Positions 21,051-29,441 of a stretch of 29,441 nucleotides of DNA are shown here, piece by piece. The notes under the pieces were generated by a model that was not told the origin of the DNA, searched no databases, and saw nothing but the letters and a program-made list of their open reading frames with translations. The stretch is from positions 1 through 29,441 of the forward strand of contig CAZAPD010000011.1 in NCBI GenBank assembly GCA_964487115.1. Direction: 5' to 3'. The stretch's first letter is position 1. Every line of letters starts with the position of its first letter. The position numbers and the translations under genes were made by a program. Source of the stretch: an uncultured Thermococci archaeon. GTDB lineage: Archaea; Methanobacteriota_B; Thermococci; Thermococcales; Thermococcaceae.

Positions 21051-21070
21051 CCCTTTATTTTTACCCTTTT
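21051..21070 (+). terminator. Oligo-T archaeal terminator after flpA
   Basis: CCCTTTATTTTTACCCTTTT directly after the stop codon. Confidence 0.5.
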
Positions 21071-21256
21071 GGGTGTTTGTTCTTCCTCTTGGGAGTCCTT
21101 GCACCGCTTTTGGCGGTCTTCTCTTTCGTGACCTTAAAATGATGCATGAGTATAGCGTTGGCTCCCTTGCTCTTCATGGGAGGTATGGGCTTGCATTTGG
21201 AAAACCTGTATGATCTCTAATTCTTTCTGAGGATATCACAGAACGGTGAAAAATGA
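21071..21256 (+). pseudogene. Possible remnant of a membrane-protein gene
   Basis: One frame reads GCLFFLLGVLAPLLAVFSFVTLK*CMSIALAPLLFMGGMGLHLENLYDL*FFLRISQNGEK*, with no start codon or RBS. Confidence 0.3.
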
Positions 21257-21278
21257 GAGTTAACAATAAAAATAGAAA

Positions 21279-21950
21279 TCAATCCCTGCCCTTCGGCAGG
21301 TGGGGAATTATCCAGCTTATAAAGCTGTCCATGCTTCTCGTCTGTATGTAGAGCGTTCCTGTACCGTAGAATTCTGCCACAAGCCCTTCTCCGCTGAAGA
21401 GCGTACTCTTTAAACCTCCGACTCTCTTAACATTGAAATCCAGACCGTCTGTGAAAGCCACCATGTGGCCGGTATCTATGACAAAGCGCTCATTGTGAAG
21501 TTCCTTCTTATATATGGCTCCAAAGCTTGAAAGGAATGCCATACCCCTTCCACGCATCTTCAGGAGGAAAAGGCCTTCCCTCCCAAAGAATGTCTTTGCT
21601 CCTCCCCATTTTGTATCTATACTTATTCCCTCGCTGCTGGCCAGAAATGCTCCGCTCTGGGCATAGAGCGTTCCTTCAATTTCCAGAGCTTCAATGTCCC
21701 CTGGGTATGCGGGTGCAAGTCCCAAGGTTCCGGCTCCTCCTTCTGCACGGAAGGTATTGATAAAGAAGCTCTCACCGCCAAGCATCGACCGTTTGAGGGC
21801 CCCAAAAACCCCTCCTTTGGCTTTTGTTTCCAGCTTTATTGTGGGGCTCATGTGGACCATGGCTCCCGCCTCTGCCTGAACAGATTCTCCTGAGGAGAGT
21901 TCAATCTCAAGCAGAGAAAAGCTTGGTCTGTGGTTTATCTGATATTTCAA
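21279..21950 (-). CDS. TIGR00266 / AIM24 (DUF124) family protein
   Basis: TTG 21950 after GAGGTGA RBS. AEAGAMV, GGESFF, FFGREGLF, IDTGHMVAF and SGEGLV motifs. Confidence 0.88.
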   Translation of the reverse strand: MKYQINHRPSFSLLEIELSSGESVQAEAGAMVHMSPTIKLETKAKGGVFGALKRSMLGGESFFINTFRAEGGAGTLGLAPAYPGDIEALEIEGTLYAQSGAFLASSEGISIDTKWGGAKTFFGREGLFLLKMRGRGMAFLSSFGAIYKKELHNERFVIDTGHMVAFTDGLDFNVKRVGGLKSTLFSGEGLVAEFYGTGTLYIQTRSMDSFISWIIPHLPKGRD

Positions 21951-22104
21951 AAATGTCACCTCATGAGTATTATGAGGGGCCCCTTTATATACCTCTGCAT
22001 CGCCAATTGTCGAAAACATCTTTCACTTTTACCGAAAGACTTTTATAATGACCCGGTTTAGCACTAAAAGAACGTTTAAGGCTCAACTTTTGTAGGTGAT
22101 GACC

Positions 22105-23157
22105 ATGGGAAAACTGCTGAAACCCATTAAAGATGTCGGTATCGTTGGCTACGGTGCATACATTCCAATGTACAGAATTAAAAACGAGGAGATAGGAAGA
22201 GTCTGGGGTGTTTCGAGCTTTCCCATTAAGGAAAAATCTGTCCCTGGATTAGATGAGGATGCAATAACGATTGGGATTGAAGCCGCGAGAAATGCCCTCA
22301 AACGGGCACAGATTGATCCCAAGCTTATAAGGGCACTCTGGTTTGGAACTGAATCAAAGCCCTATGCTGTCAAGCCTTCGGCAACTGTCATAGCTGAAGC
22401 TATCGGTGCAACTCCTGAGCTTGATGCAGCTGATTTTGAGTTTGCATGTAAGGCCGGGACTGAAGCTTTGCAGGCGGCCATAGGCTTTGTTGCATCTGGA
22501 ATGGCTGAATATGCGATGGCCATCGGTGCTGATACATCGCAGGGAAGACCTGGCGACCATCTGGAATTCACGGCGGCGGCAGGTGGAGCGGCCTACATCG
22601 TTGGTGAGAAGAGCAGCGAAACCTTGGCTTATTTTGAAGGAAGCTACTCCTATGTTACAGATACTCCTGACTTCTGGAGGAGACAGCACGAGCACTATCC
22701 AAGGCATGGAAACAGATTTACAGGTGAACCAGCTTACTTCCATCAGGTTATAAGCGCCGCTAAAGGGTTGATGGAAGAGCTCGGCTATTCTCCTGCTGAT
22801 TTTGACTATGCTGTATTCCACCAGCCCAACGTCAAGTTCCCGCTTACGGCAGGTAGGATCCTCGGGATTCCAAAGGAAAAAATTCTTCCGGGACTGCTCA
22901 GCGGCATCATAGGGAATACATACAGCGGAGCAACTCTCGTTGGAATAAGCGCTGTTCTCGATGTGGCAAAACCGGGCGACAGAATTCTGTGGGTTTCTTT
23001 TGGCTCGGGAGCAGGAAGCGACGCCTTCAGCCTCGTTGTGCAGGATGCTATAGAGGAGAAGAGGAATCTGGCACCAAAAACTATGGACTACGTCAACAGA
23101 AAGAAGTACATTGACTATGCACTCTATGCAAAAGCCAGAAGGAAGTACATAATCTGA
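22105..23157 (+). CDS. Hydroxymethylglutaryl-CoA synthase (archaeal type)
   Basis: [19 protein letters not shown] (catalytic Cys), FHQPN, GNTYSG and SFGSGAGS motifs. Confidence 0.95.
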   Translation: MGKLLKPIKDVGIVGYGAYIPMYRIKNEEIGRVWGVSSFPIKEKSVPGLDEDAITIGIEAARNALKRAQIDPKLIRALWFGTESKPYAVKPSATVIAEAIGATPELDAADFEFACKAGTEALQAAIGFVASGMAEYAMAIGADTSQGRPGDHLEFTAAAGGAAYIVGEKSSETLAYFEGSYSYVTDTPDFWRRQHEHYPRHGNRFTGEPAYFHQVISAAKGLMEELGYSPADFDYAVFHQPNVKFPLTAGRILGIPKEKILPGLLSGIIGNTYSGATLVGISAVLDVAKPGDRILWVSFGSGAGSDAFSLVVQDAIEEKRNLAPKTMDYVNRKKYIDYALYAKARRKYII

Positions 23158-23167
23158 GGTGATGGAG

Positions 23168-24328
23168 ATGGAGAAGCCTGTTATAATTGGTGTGGGAATG
23201 ACTCCCGTAGGAGAGCATTGGAGACTTTCCCTCAGGGAGCTTGCTGTGGAGGCTATCCTGAATGCAATGGATGATGCTGGAGTAGATAAGGTTGATTCCC
23301 TTTACGTTGGAAATATGGTCTCGGGTTCATTTGTAGAGCAGGAAAATCTCGGAGCTCTGATAGCTGACTGGGCAGGTCTGGGGAACATCCCTGCTGTTAA
23401 AATCGAAGCCGCATGTGCCTCAGGAGGTGCGGCTCTTCAGGAAGGTGCCAAAGCCGTCATGAGCGGTCTTGAGGACGTTGTTGCTGTGGTTGGTGTCGAA
23501 AAAATGACCGATGCATGGCCAAGCGATGCCACAAGATACCTTGCTTATGCAGCGGATGCAGAGTATGAACACTTCCATGGAGCAAGCTTTGTGGCTTTGA
23601 ATGCCCTGATAATGCGCTACTACATGCACCAATATGGTTATACTGAGGAGGATTTAGCTTTGTTTGCTGTCAATGCCCATGCCAACGGTGCAAAGAACCC
23701 ATATGCCATGTTCAAGAAGAAGATAACGGTTGACACAGTGATGAGAAGTCCATACATAGCTGACCCAATAAAGCTTTTCGATGCCTCTCCTGTCTGTGAC
23801 GGTGCTGCCGCTGTAATAATTACCACAAAGGCGAAGGCGGAGGAGCTTGGAGTTCCAAAGGAGAAATGGGTTGAGGTTGCTGGATTTTCAAGGGCAATCG
23901 ACACGATTAACCTCGCAAACAGAGAAGACTTGCTCACCCTAAAAGCGGCAAAAGTTGCCTCTGAAAGAGCATACAAAATGGCGGGAATAACCGTTAAGGA
24001 CATTGACCTATTTGAAGTTCACGATGCATTCACAGTTATGGCAGCTCTCAGTCTTGAAGCGATAGGAGTGGCTGAAAAAGGAAAAGGGGCAATGCTGGCT
24101 AAGGAAGGACAGATTGCAATCGATGCAGATTATCCGATTCAGACAATGGGAGGCCTAAAAGCCAGAGGTCATCCTGTCGGAGCAACTGGAATGTATCAGA
24201 CAGTTGAAGCAGTTCTCCAGCTCAGGGGAGATGCTCCAAATCAAGTGCCGGATGCTGAGGTAGCTCTAACCCAGAACATAGGTGGAACCGGTTCAAACAT
24301 AACAATCACGATTTTGAGGAGGGTTTGA
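23168..24328 (+). CDS. Acetoacetyl-CoA thiolase
   Basis: EAACASGG, GVEKM, DGAAA, EVHDAF and GGLKARGHPVGATG motifs; between HMG-CoA synthase and DUF35. Confidence 0.93.
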   Translation: MEKPVIIGVGMTPVGEHWRLSLRELAVEAILNAMDDAGVDKVDSLYVGNMVSGSFVEQENLGALIADWAGLGNIPAVKIEAACASGGAALQEGAKAVMSGLEDVVAVVGVEKMTDAWPSDATRYLAYAADAEYEHFHGASFVALNALIMRYYMHQYGYTEEDLALFAVNAHANGAKNPYAMFKKKITVDTVMRSPYIADPIKLFDASPVCDGAAAVIITTKAKAEELGVPKEKWVEVAGFSRAIDTINLANREDLLTLKAAKVASERAYKMAGITVKDIDLFEVHDAFTVMAALSLEAIGVAEKGKGAMLAKEGQIAIDADYPIQTMGGLKARGHPVGATGMYQTVEAVLQLRGDAPNQVPDAEVALTQNIGGTGSNITITILRRV

Positions 24329-24329
24329 A

Positions 24330-24734
24330 ATGGGGAAGCCGATGCAGGTCGCCCGTTACTGGAGGCATTTTAAGGAAAAATATCGCCTGATTGGGGGCAA
24401 ATGTGAGAATGATCATGTTTTCTTTCCAAAAAAGTCAGTCTGTCCAGTATGTGGTAGCAGGAATGTGGAGGACTTCCAGTTCAGCGGAAGGGGTAAGGTT
24501 CTCAGCTGGACTATAGTGAGAAATCCGCCGAGTGGTTTTGAATATTACAAACCCTTCCCCTTAGCTCTCATTGAGCTTGAAGAGGGACCAGTGGTTCTGG
24601 CACAGCTCACTGATGTTGAGCCCGAAGAAATTGACTTCGGAATGGAAGTTGAAATGGTAACGAGGAAAATACGGGAGTTTAGCGAAGATGGAATAATCCT
24701 CTACGCATACAAGTTCAGACCGCCCATGAAGTGA
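24330..24734 (+). CDS. DUF35 Zn-ribbon/OB-fold scaffold of the thiolase/HMG-CoA synthase complex
   Basis: C..xxH..FP...CPVCG zinc ribbon, GKVLSWT, YKFRP; conserved third gene of the operon. Confidence 0.92.
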   Translation: MGKPMQVARYWRHFKEKYRLIGGKCENDHVFFPKKSVCPVCGSRNVEDFQFSGRGKVLSWTIVRNPPSGFEYYKPFPLALIELEEGPVVLAQLTDVEPEEIDFGMEVEMVTRKIREFSEDGIILYAYKFRPPMK

Positions 24735-24795
24735 AACTCCCATCTATCTTTGCGTTTTTCTTTTGCTCCATGTTTGCGGCGAGGATATGCCACTG

Positions 24796-25350
24796 CTAAT
24801 CAACCCGTCTCGAGTGTGGTTCACTGTGTCCTTCCTCCGTGGAAAGGTTATGGGGGGAGGCATTCATCTTCTCATTTTTTCGTACCATCCTGACCCATAT
24901 TCCGCTCTGACCGACCTTCCTGAAGCCATATTTCTCATAAAAACTGATAGCTCCTTCGTTTTTTTCCCCAACCCAGAGCTCTACCTTATCGTTATAGCGT
25001 TCCAGATACTCAAGACCCTTTTCCATGAGTTTATGCCCTATTCCGTGCCCCTGATATCTCTTATCAACGACGAACTCATGAATTGCCCCAACTACTTTGC
25101 CTTCATATCGGCTGAACCAGTCGTTGTCACATACTATGAAGCCCGCTATTTCATCATCAACCTTTGCAATGAAAAAGCCGTCTCTGGCCTTGCTCCAGCA
25201 CCATCTCAGGTAGCGTTTTGCATAACTCTCCCCTTCGCCCCCGTATTCTCTCATGCCCTCATAGCCTTTCATATATATCTCTATGAGTCTCTCCAGTGTC
25301 TCCTGATCAAGCTTCTCAAGTTTTTCTATCTTTACCTTTTTCTCCATCAT
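24796..25350 (-). CDS. GNAT family N-acetyltransferase (RimI-like)
   Basis: VDKRYQGHGIGHKL acetyl-CoA motif A and NEGAISFYEKYGF motif B. TATA about 25 bp upstream of the ATG with no RBS, so probably leaderless. Confidence 0.9.
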   Translation of the reverse strand: MMEKKVKIEKLEKLDQETLERLIEIYMKGYEGMREYGGEGESYAKRYLRWCWSKARDGFFIAKVDDEIAGFIVCDNDWFSRYEGKVVGAIHEFVVDKRYQGHGIGHKLMEKGLEYLERYNDKVELWVGEKNEGAISFYEKYGFRKVGQSGIWVRMVRKNEKMNASPHNLSTEEGHSEPHSRRVD

Positions 25351-25425
25351 CGTTCTGAATTTTGCAGGGATGGATTTATAAAAGCTAACCATAAATTTAA
25401 GCTCAGGAAGGAGAAGGTGGTTTTT

Positions 25426-25962
25426 ATGGGAAAAGCAAAGCCCAAAATCTGTGAAATTTGTGGGGCAACAATACGGGGACCGGGGCATACGATAAGAATA
25501 GAAGGTGCCGAGTTGCTCGTTTGCGATAATTGCTACAGGAAATACGGCAGGAAAAAGCCGGGAACCTTCAGTGTTATGCCAACTGGAAGGGAGCCGAGGA
25601 GGAGAGTTTATTCAAGACCAAGGTCGAAACCACAGCAGAAGCCTAAAAGGGAGAGGCCTTTATACAGCGAAGAAATTGTTGAAGACTACGCGGATAGGGT
25701 CATGAGAGCTATTCAGAGGAGTGGAAAAACCTATGAAGAACTTTCCCATGAAGTTGGCCTCTCAATGAATGATCTGAGAGCAATTGCCCACGGTTATCGT
25801 GAGCCCACGATAAAGGAAGCCAAAAAGCTGGAGAGGTATTTCAAAATAGTCCTTGTTGAAAAGGCTGAGGAGATACCCCGGGAGAAGGCTACGATACCCA
25901 GAGATTATGAACCAACCCTTGGAGACATAGCAAACATCAAAATCAGGAAGCGGAAGAAGTGA
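25426..25962 (+). CDS. mbf1: Archaeal multiprotein bridging factor 1 (Zn ribbon + HTH)
   Basis: True start MGKAKPKICEICG (ATG 25426, AGGTGG RBS). CEICG...VCDNC zinc ribbon, Cro-like HTH, terminal TLGD motif. Confidence 0.9.
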   Translation: MGKAKPKICEICGATIRGPGHTIRIEGAELLVCDNCYRKYGRKKPGTFSVMPTGREPRRRVYSRPRSKPQQKPKRERPLYSEEIVEDYADRVMRAIQRSGKTYEELSHEVGLSMNDLRAIAHGYREPTIKEAKKLERYFKIVLVEKAEEIPREKATIPRDYEPTLGDIANIKIRKRKK

Positions 25963-25997
25963 AATTCGGATTAGGATAGACTTATCAAGCAAAGGGG

Positions 25998-26378
25998 CTA
26001 ACTGTGTTTTTCTCCAGCTTTTGTTTTCTTCGGTGGATGGAAGCCCTTGAGCTTTTCAAACGTTCCCCACAATCTTAAGAGTTCTCTATGAACCTCGGTG
26101 TCAGGAGGTATCACGAGTATGTGTGCGGGAGGGTGGATATCCATCAGTCTGCCTATGGCTTTTGAAGGGGATAGGTTTATCTGGGCAACTACATGAGCCT
26201 TAAATTTCTTTCTCGGCTTCTCACCAGAGATTTTTTCAAATGCCCAATCTGATAGAGCCGGCGGAATTATTCTCGGGTCTCCTCTAATATCCATTCGCCC
26301 GTATCTCACGAGATCAGCCAAAGCCGTGCTCGCCTTCTGGAAATTGTCAGTCCTTACTAAAACTATCGTGTTTAACAT
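25998..26378 (-). CDS. DUF356-like conserved archaeal protein
   Basis: ALADLVRYG, PRIIPP and IHPPAHILVI motifs; GGTGAG RBS. Confidence 0.7.
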   Translation of the reverse strand: MLNTIVLVRTDNFQKASTALADLVRYGRMDIRGDPRIIPPALSDWAFEKISGEKPRKKFKAHVVAQINLSPSKAIGRLMDIHPPAHILVIPPDTEVHRELLRLWGTFEKLKGFHPPKKTKAGEKHS

Positions 26379-26439
26379 GCTCTCACCTAACTAAACTTTC
26401 TGTGTCAGTTTTTAAGTATGTTGGAAGCTAAAGCTAAAC

Positions 26440-26479
26440 TTTAAAAACCCAAGATGGTAGTTTATAAAGGGTTTTTAAA
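26440..26479 (+). promoter_or_regulatory. tbp promoter with three TATA-like boxes and an 11-bp inverted repeat
   Basis: TTTAAAAACCC (26440-26450), then 18 bp containing TTTATAAA, then GGGTTTTTAAA (26469-26479). Confidence 0.55.
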
Positions 26480-26502
26480 CCCACCATCCGGGGGTGTAAT
26501 AC

Positions 26503-27075
26503 ATGGTAGATATGAGTAAGGTAAAGCTTAGAATTGAGAATATCGTCGCATCTGTTGACCTTTTTACGTCATTAAACCTTGAGAAAGTTATTGAGATATG
26601 CCCCAATTCAAAATACAACCCCGAGGAGTTCCCGGGGATAATCTGCCGCTTTGATGAACCGAAAGTTGCCCTCTTGATATTTAGCTCGGGAAAACTTGTC
26701 GTTACAGGAGCAAAAAGCGTGGAAGACATAGAAAGGGCTGTCCAGAAGCTCATCCAGATGCTTAAGAAAATCGGGGCAAAATTCGCTAGGGCTCCCCAAA
26801 TAGACATTCAGAACATGGTTTTCAGCGGTGATATAGGTATGGAGTTTAACCTTGATGCTGTTGCATTGAGTCTTCCGAACTGTGAATATGAGCCGGAGCA
26901 GTTTCCAGGCGTTATATACCGCGTTAAGGATCCAAGGGCTGTAATTCTGCTGTTCTCCTCTGGTAAAATCGTGTGTTCAGGTGCAAAGAGTGAACACGAT
27001 GCATGGGAAGCGGTTAGAAAGCTTCTCAGAGAGCTTGAGAAATATGGTTTAATCGAGGAAGAGGAGGAATTCTGA
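26503..27075 (+). CDS. tbp: TATA-box-binding protein
   Basis: Two repeats (YNPEEFPG / [23 protein letters not shown] / [15 protein letters not shown]) and an acidic tail. Confidence 0.98.
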   Translation: MVDMSKVKLRIENIVASVDLFTSLNLEKVIEICPNSKYNPEEFPGIICRFDEPKVALLIFSSGKLVVTGAKSVEDIERAVQKLIQMLKKIGAKFARAPQIDIQNMVFSGDIGMEFNLDAVALSLPNCEYEPEQFPGVIYRVKDPRAVILLFSSGKIVCSGAKSEHDAWEAVRKLLRELEKYGLIEEEEEF

Positions 27076-27091
27076 AGCCTGAGGGAGCTTT

Positions 27092-28093
27092 ATGCTCCGT
27101 ATCTTTTATTCACCCGTTTTCCTGCAGCATAAAACCCCCAGTTATCATCCTGAAAGTCCAGAACGGCTTGAGATTGCCGTAAATGCCCTGAAGAAGCACG
27201 GTTTCTGGAGAAATGTGGCTGAGCCTGATATGCCTTCAGCTGATGAGCTTCTTAAAGTGCATTCGAGGGAATACGTTGAGATGATAAGGAACTCGTCAGA
27301 GGTATTTTCTCGGATTGATCCTGATACTTATGTCTCTCCGGGAACATGGAAAGCAGCGTTAAAGGCCTTTGGAGCATCTAAAGAGGCTGTGCTGTCAGCA
27401 TTGGAAGAAAAGGGACTTCATCTGGCACTCGTCAGACCTCCCGGACATCATGCCGGAAGATCTGGGAGGGCATTCAACGCTCCAACACTTGGATTTTGCA
27501 TCTTCAACAACATCGCAGGAGCGGCAAAGCTTGTTGAAGATCTTGAAGGAAAAGCAGTCATCATAGACTTTGATGCCCACCATGGTAACGGGACTCAGGA
27601 GATTTTCTGGAACGATCCCTATGTAATCCATATCGACCTTCATGAGAGGGATATTTATCCGTGGAGTGGCTATGAATATGAAGTGGGTGGGAAAGGAGCT
27701 GAAGGAAGCAAGATAAACATTCCAATGCCTCATTCCTCCACAGATGATGATTTTATCTATGCTTGGAACCAGGTTGTCCTTCCGATTCTGGAACAAATTA
27801 AACCAACGGTCGTTTTGGTCTCAGCAGGATTTGACGGCTTCGCTGGGGAAAACTTAACAACGCTGAAATTAAGCGGGAGATTTTTCCACTATGCAGGTTC
27901 CATTCTCTCAAAATACAGCCTCGCAGTGATTTTTGAGGGCGGGTATAGTGTTGGGCTGAGAAAGGGTCTGCCAGCTTTCATCGGAGCCTATCTTGACGGG
28001 AAGATAGAGGAGGAAAAAATTTCTCCAAGCTATGAAACTCTAAAAACAATTAGCAATGTGTGGGAAATACAAAGGGAATGGTGGAAGCTGTAG
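27092..28093 (+). CDS. Zn-dependent histone deacetylase family (HDAC/AcuC/AphA) amidohydrolase
   Basis: HPESPERL, RPPGHHA, GFCIFNN, DFDAHHGNGTQ, SAGFD and EGGY motifs, all intact. Confidence 0.93.
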   Translation: MLRIFYSPVFLQHKTPSYHPESPERLEIAVNALKKHGFWRNVAEPDMPSADELLKVHSREYVEMIRNSSEVFSRIDPDTYVSPGTWKAALKAFGASKEAVLSALEEKGLHLALVRPPGHHAGRSGRAFNAPTLGFCIFNNIAGAAKLVEDLEGKAVIIDFDAHHGNGTQEIFWNDPYVIHIDLHERDIYPWSGYEYEVGGKGAEGSKINIPMPHSSTDDDFIYAWNQVVLPILEQIKPTVVLVSAGFDGFAGENLTTLKLSGRFFHYAGSILSKYSLAVIFEGGYSVGLRKGLPAFIGAYLDGKIEEEKISPSYETLKTISNVWEIQREWWKL

Positions 28094-28128
28094 CTTACCC
28101 GGGGGTAAGTAACTTATTCGGGAGTAAA
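28094..28128. repeat. 35-bp element of two tandem 16-bp palindromes (copy 1, at the ATPase stop codon)
   Basis: CTTACCCGGGGGTAAG-TAA-CTTATTCGGGAGTAAA fills the entire gap between the two convergent stop codons. Confidence 0.85.
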
Positions 28129-29220
28129 TTACAGGCTTCTGACGACTTCAGCAACAATTGGATCAGGAATGGTATATCCACCTCCTGTTTTTTCAAGGTA
28201 ACCGTATTTGATGAGATTTTTTAACAACGCGGAGAACTTTGCATCGTTTACATGGCCGCTTTTGAGCTCAACATAGTCTCTTATCTCACTCCATCTGTGA
28301 TTTCCGAGCGCCACTGCCTTGAGGATAAAACCATAACGTCTGCTGTAGGACAAAAGCGCGGCCAACTCCTCTTTCACGAGTGCGTTGGCTTTTCTGAACA
28401 GTTCCTCAAGGGCCTCTTTCTCGGACAGTTTTCTAACACCCCGCAGATAGCCATACATGGTGAGCCAGCCAACTATACCATCAAGCCTATCAACGGTTTT
28501 TCTGATCTCTTCCCGGTTTGTTTTAATGCCAAGCTCCTCAAAGCCTTTAATAAGAAAGTCCTCGCTCTGCTTCCTTGTGAATCTCTCAAGCACAATCTCT
28601 CTGGCGTACCTTCCAAAAAGGGGCTTTTTCGGGTTATCAAGGCCGAGAAAGTTATGAAGCATACCGATCTCTGAGCCTGTGAGCACAAAGGTAATGTTTG
28701 GCAGATTATCCACAGCATATGCAATGACACCATCGTATTGAATTCCCGACAGGCGGAGATACTGTGCTTCGTCGAAGGCGAGAACAACCCTCGTTCCTTC
28801 CCTTTCTGCCCATGAGTTGATTTTCTCCAGAAGCTCATCAAACTCTGGCTTTTTCTCGAACTCCACATGAACCCCCGAGATGCGAATCCCCTTTATGGAA
28901 GCGAGTGCTCGTGTAAATCCAAGTCTGAACTTTCCACGAGGGGAAATTGACTTTAAGAGGGAACTCAGGATTCTCTTTGCTAGGATCTCCTGCGGGATTG
29001 AACCGTGCGTGAAGTACAGAGAGCGAACGTCTATTTTGGCGTGAGGCAGGCTTGACTCGGAGAGCGCCACGTTGAGTAGGGAACTCTTGCCCAGACGCCT
29101 TATCCCGAGAAGAAGAATGAGTCTCTCTCCGAGCCTTAAGGCATCGTTAAATTCATGGAGCTCCTTATCCCTATCATAGAGGTCTTCTCTCCTTGTCTTG
29201 GGTTGCAGATCAAACAGCAA
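28129..29220 (-). CDS. Archaeal STAND-type P-loop ATPase (ATPase_2 / PH-type) with C-terminal winged helix
   Basis: TTG start (MLFDLQPK...LYDR), Walker A GIRRLGKSS, Walker B VVLAFDEAQ, sensor FVLTGS, LFGR, DGIVGWL, and C-terminal WSEI...LKNLIKYGYL...YTIPDP. Confidence 0.9.
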   Translation of the reverse strand: MLFDLQPKTRREDLYDRDKELHEFNDALRLGERLILLLGIRRLGKSSLLNVALSESSLPHAKIDVRSLYFTHGSIPQEILAKRILSSLLKSISPRGKFRLGFTRALASIKGIRISGVHVEFEKKPEFDELLEKINSWAEREGTRVVLAFDEAQYLRLSGIQYDGVIAYAVDNLPNITFVLTGSEIGMLHNFLGLDNPKKPLFGRYAREIVLERFTRKQSEDFLIKGFEELGIKTNREEIRKTVDRLDGIVGWLTMYGYLRGVRKLSEKEALEELFRKANALVKEELAALLSYSRRYGFILKAVALGNHRWSEIRDYVELKSGHVNDAKFSALLKNLIKYGYLEKTGGGYTIPDPIVAEVVRSL

Positions 29221-29255
29221 CTTACCCCACCGTAAGTAACTTACCCAGGGGTAAG
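29221..29255. repeat. 35-bp element of two tandem 16-bp palindromes (copy 2, between the ATPase TATA box and start codon)
   Basis: CTTACCCCACCGTAAG-TAA-CTTACCCAGGGGTAAG; 26/35 identical to copy 1, with an identical 12-bp core GTAAGTAACTTA. Confidence 0.85.
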
Positions 29256-29269
29256 TTATAAAGGTTTCG
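29256..29269 (-). promoter_or_regulatory. BRE-TATA promoter of the ATPase gene
   Basis: Minus strand CGAAAC-CTTTATAA, 35 bp upstream of the TTG start. Confidence 0.7.
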
Positions 29270-29281
29270 AAAAATAAAGAG

Positions 29282-29441
29282 TCAGCTGAAGCTCGCGAAA
29301 CCTATCTCGTAGAGCTGGCGGAGCATGCGGAGGACTTTTTTAGCTGTGTGTTTGAAGTGGAAGTTGCTCTCGTACTTCTTCCAATTCGTGAGCATTTCGA
29401 TTATTGTCCTACTGTTCAGTTCTTCAATGTTCTGAGGCGAC
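29282..29441 (-). CDS. 3' end of an unidentified protein entering from beyond the window
   Basis: Open frame ...SPQNIEELNSRTIIEMLTNWKKYESNFHFKHTAKKVLRMLRQLYEIGFASFS*, followed by a T-rich terminator-like tract (TCTTTATTTTT on the minus strand). Confidence 0.7.
   Translation of the reverse strand, partial: SPQNIEELNSRTIIEMLTNWKKYESNFHFKHTAKKVLRMLRQLYEIGFASFS

Noticed and set aside
21137..21232. Possible C/D box sRNA next to nop5-flpA (ATGATGC ... CTGA)
   Set aside because: The C box is imperfect, there is no clear D'/C' pair, and the span of about 90 nt is too long for a typical Thermococcales guide.
21234..21251. TATCAC...GTGAAA resembling the TrmBL1/Tgr TGM motif
   Set aside because: The spacer is 6 rather than 5, one arm is imperfect, and it lies between convergent genes.
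22105..24734. HMG-CoA synthase/thiolase/DUF35 cluster as a novel system
   Set aside because: This is the well-characterised archaeal mevalonate-pathway channelling complex.
24763..25425. 399-aa ORF suggesting an N-terminally extended MBF1 fusion
   Set aside because: The first 221 codons are the antisense shadow of the GNAT gene. MBF1 has its own RBS and ATG at 25426.
28094..29255. Repeats as a CRISPR array, IS terminal inverted repeats or a dif site
   Set aside because: There are no spacers or cas genes, the enclosed ORF is not a transposase, no target duplication is evident, and the sequence does not resemble the Thermococcales dif consensus.

Overview
A gene-dense chromosomal segment from a hyperthermophilic archaeon of the order Thermococcales, most likely Thermococcus. 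The assignment rests on GGTGA/GGAGG ribosome-binding sites, BRE-TATA promoters and typical gene content. Most of it is housekeeping: an NADH oxidase-type flavoprotein, pyrH, L-proline dehydrogenase alpha/beta with a PutP symporter, a DRG GTPase, Lrp, PfpI, CitG-like, OsmC, radical SAM, an aromatic aminotransferase, ribose-1,5-bisphosphate isomerase, Nop5-fibrillarin, the HMG-CoA synthase/thiolase/DUF35 trio, GNAT, MBF1, TBP and an HDAC-family deacetylase. No tRNA, rRNA, CRISPR array or intact transposase/integrase was seen. The best unexplained signal is an archaeal STAND-type ATPase gene bracketed exactly, at both start and stop codon, by 35-bp elements made of two tandem CTTACCC-nn-GGGTAAG palindromes. 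Other points of interest are a probable A-domain-only (family 4) encapsulin beside osmC, a PspC/DUF4097-lipoprotein envelope-stress module coupled to citG, and a class I glutamine amidotransferase lacking its catalytic Cys and His. There are also two GC-rich tracts that each abut a decayed gene (K+ channel, AAA ATPase), a full SurR site upstream of proline dehydrogenase, and several operator-like palindromes. All family assignments come from motif recognition by eye; no database searches were run.
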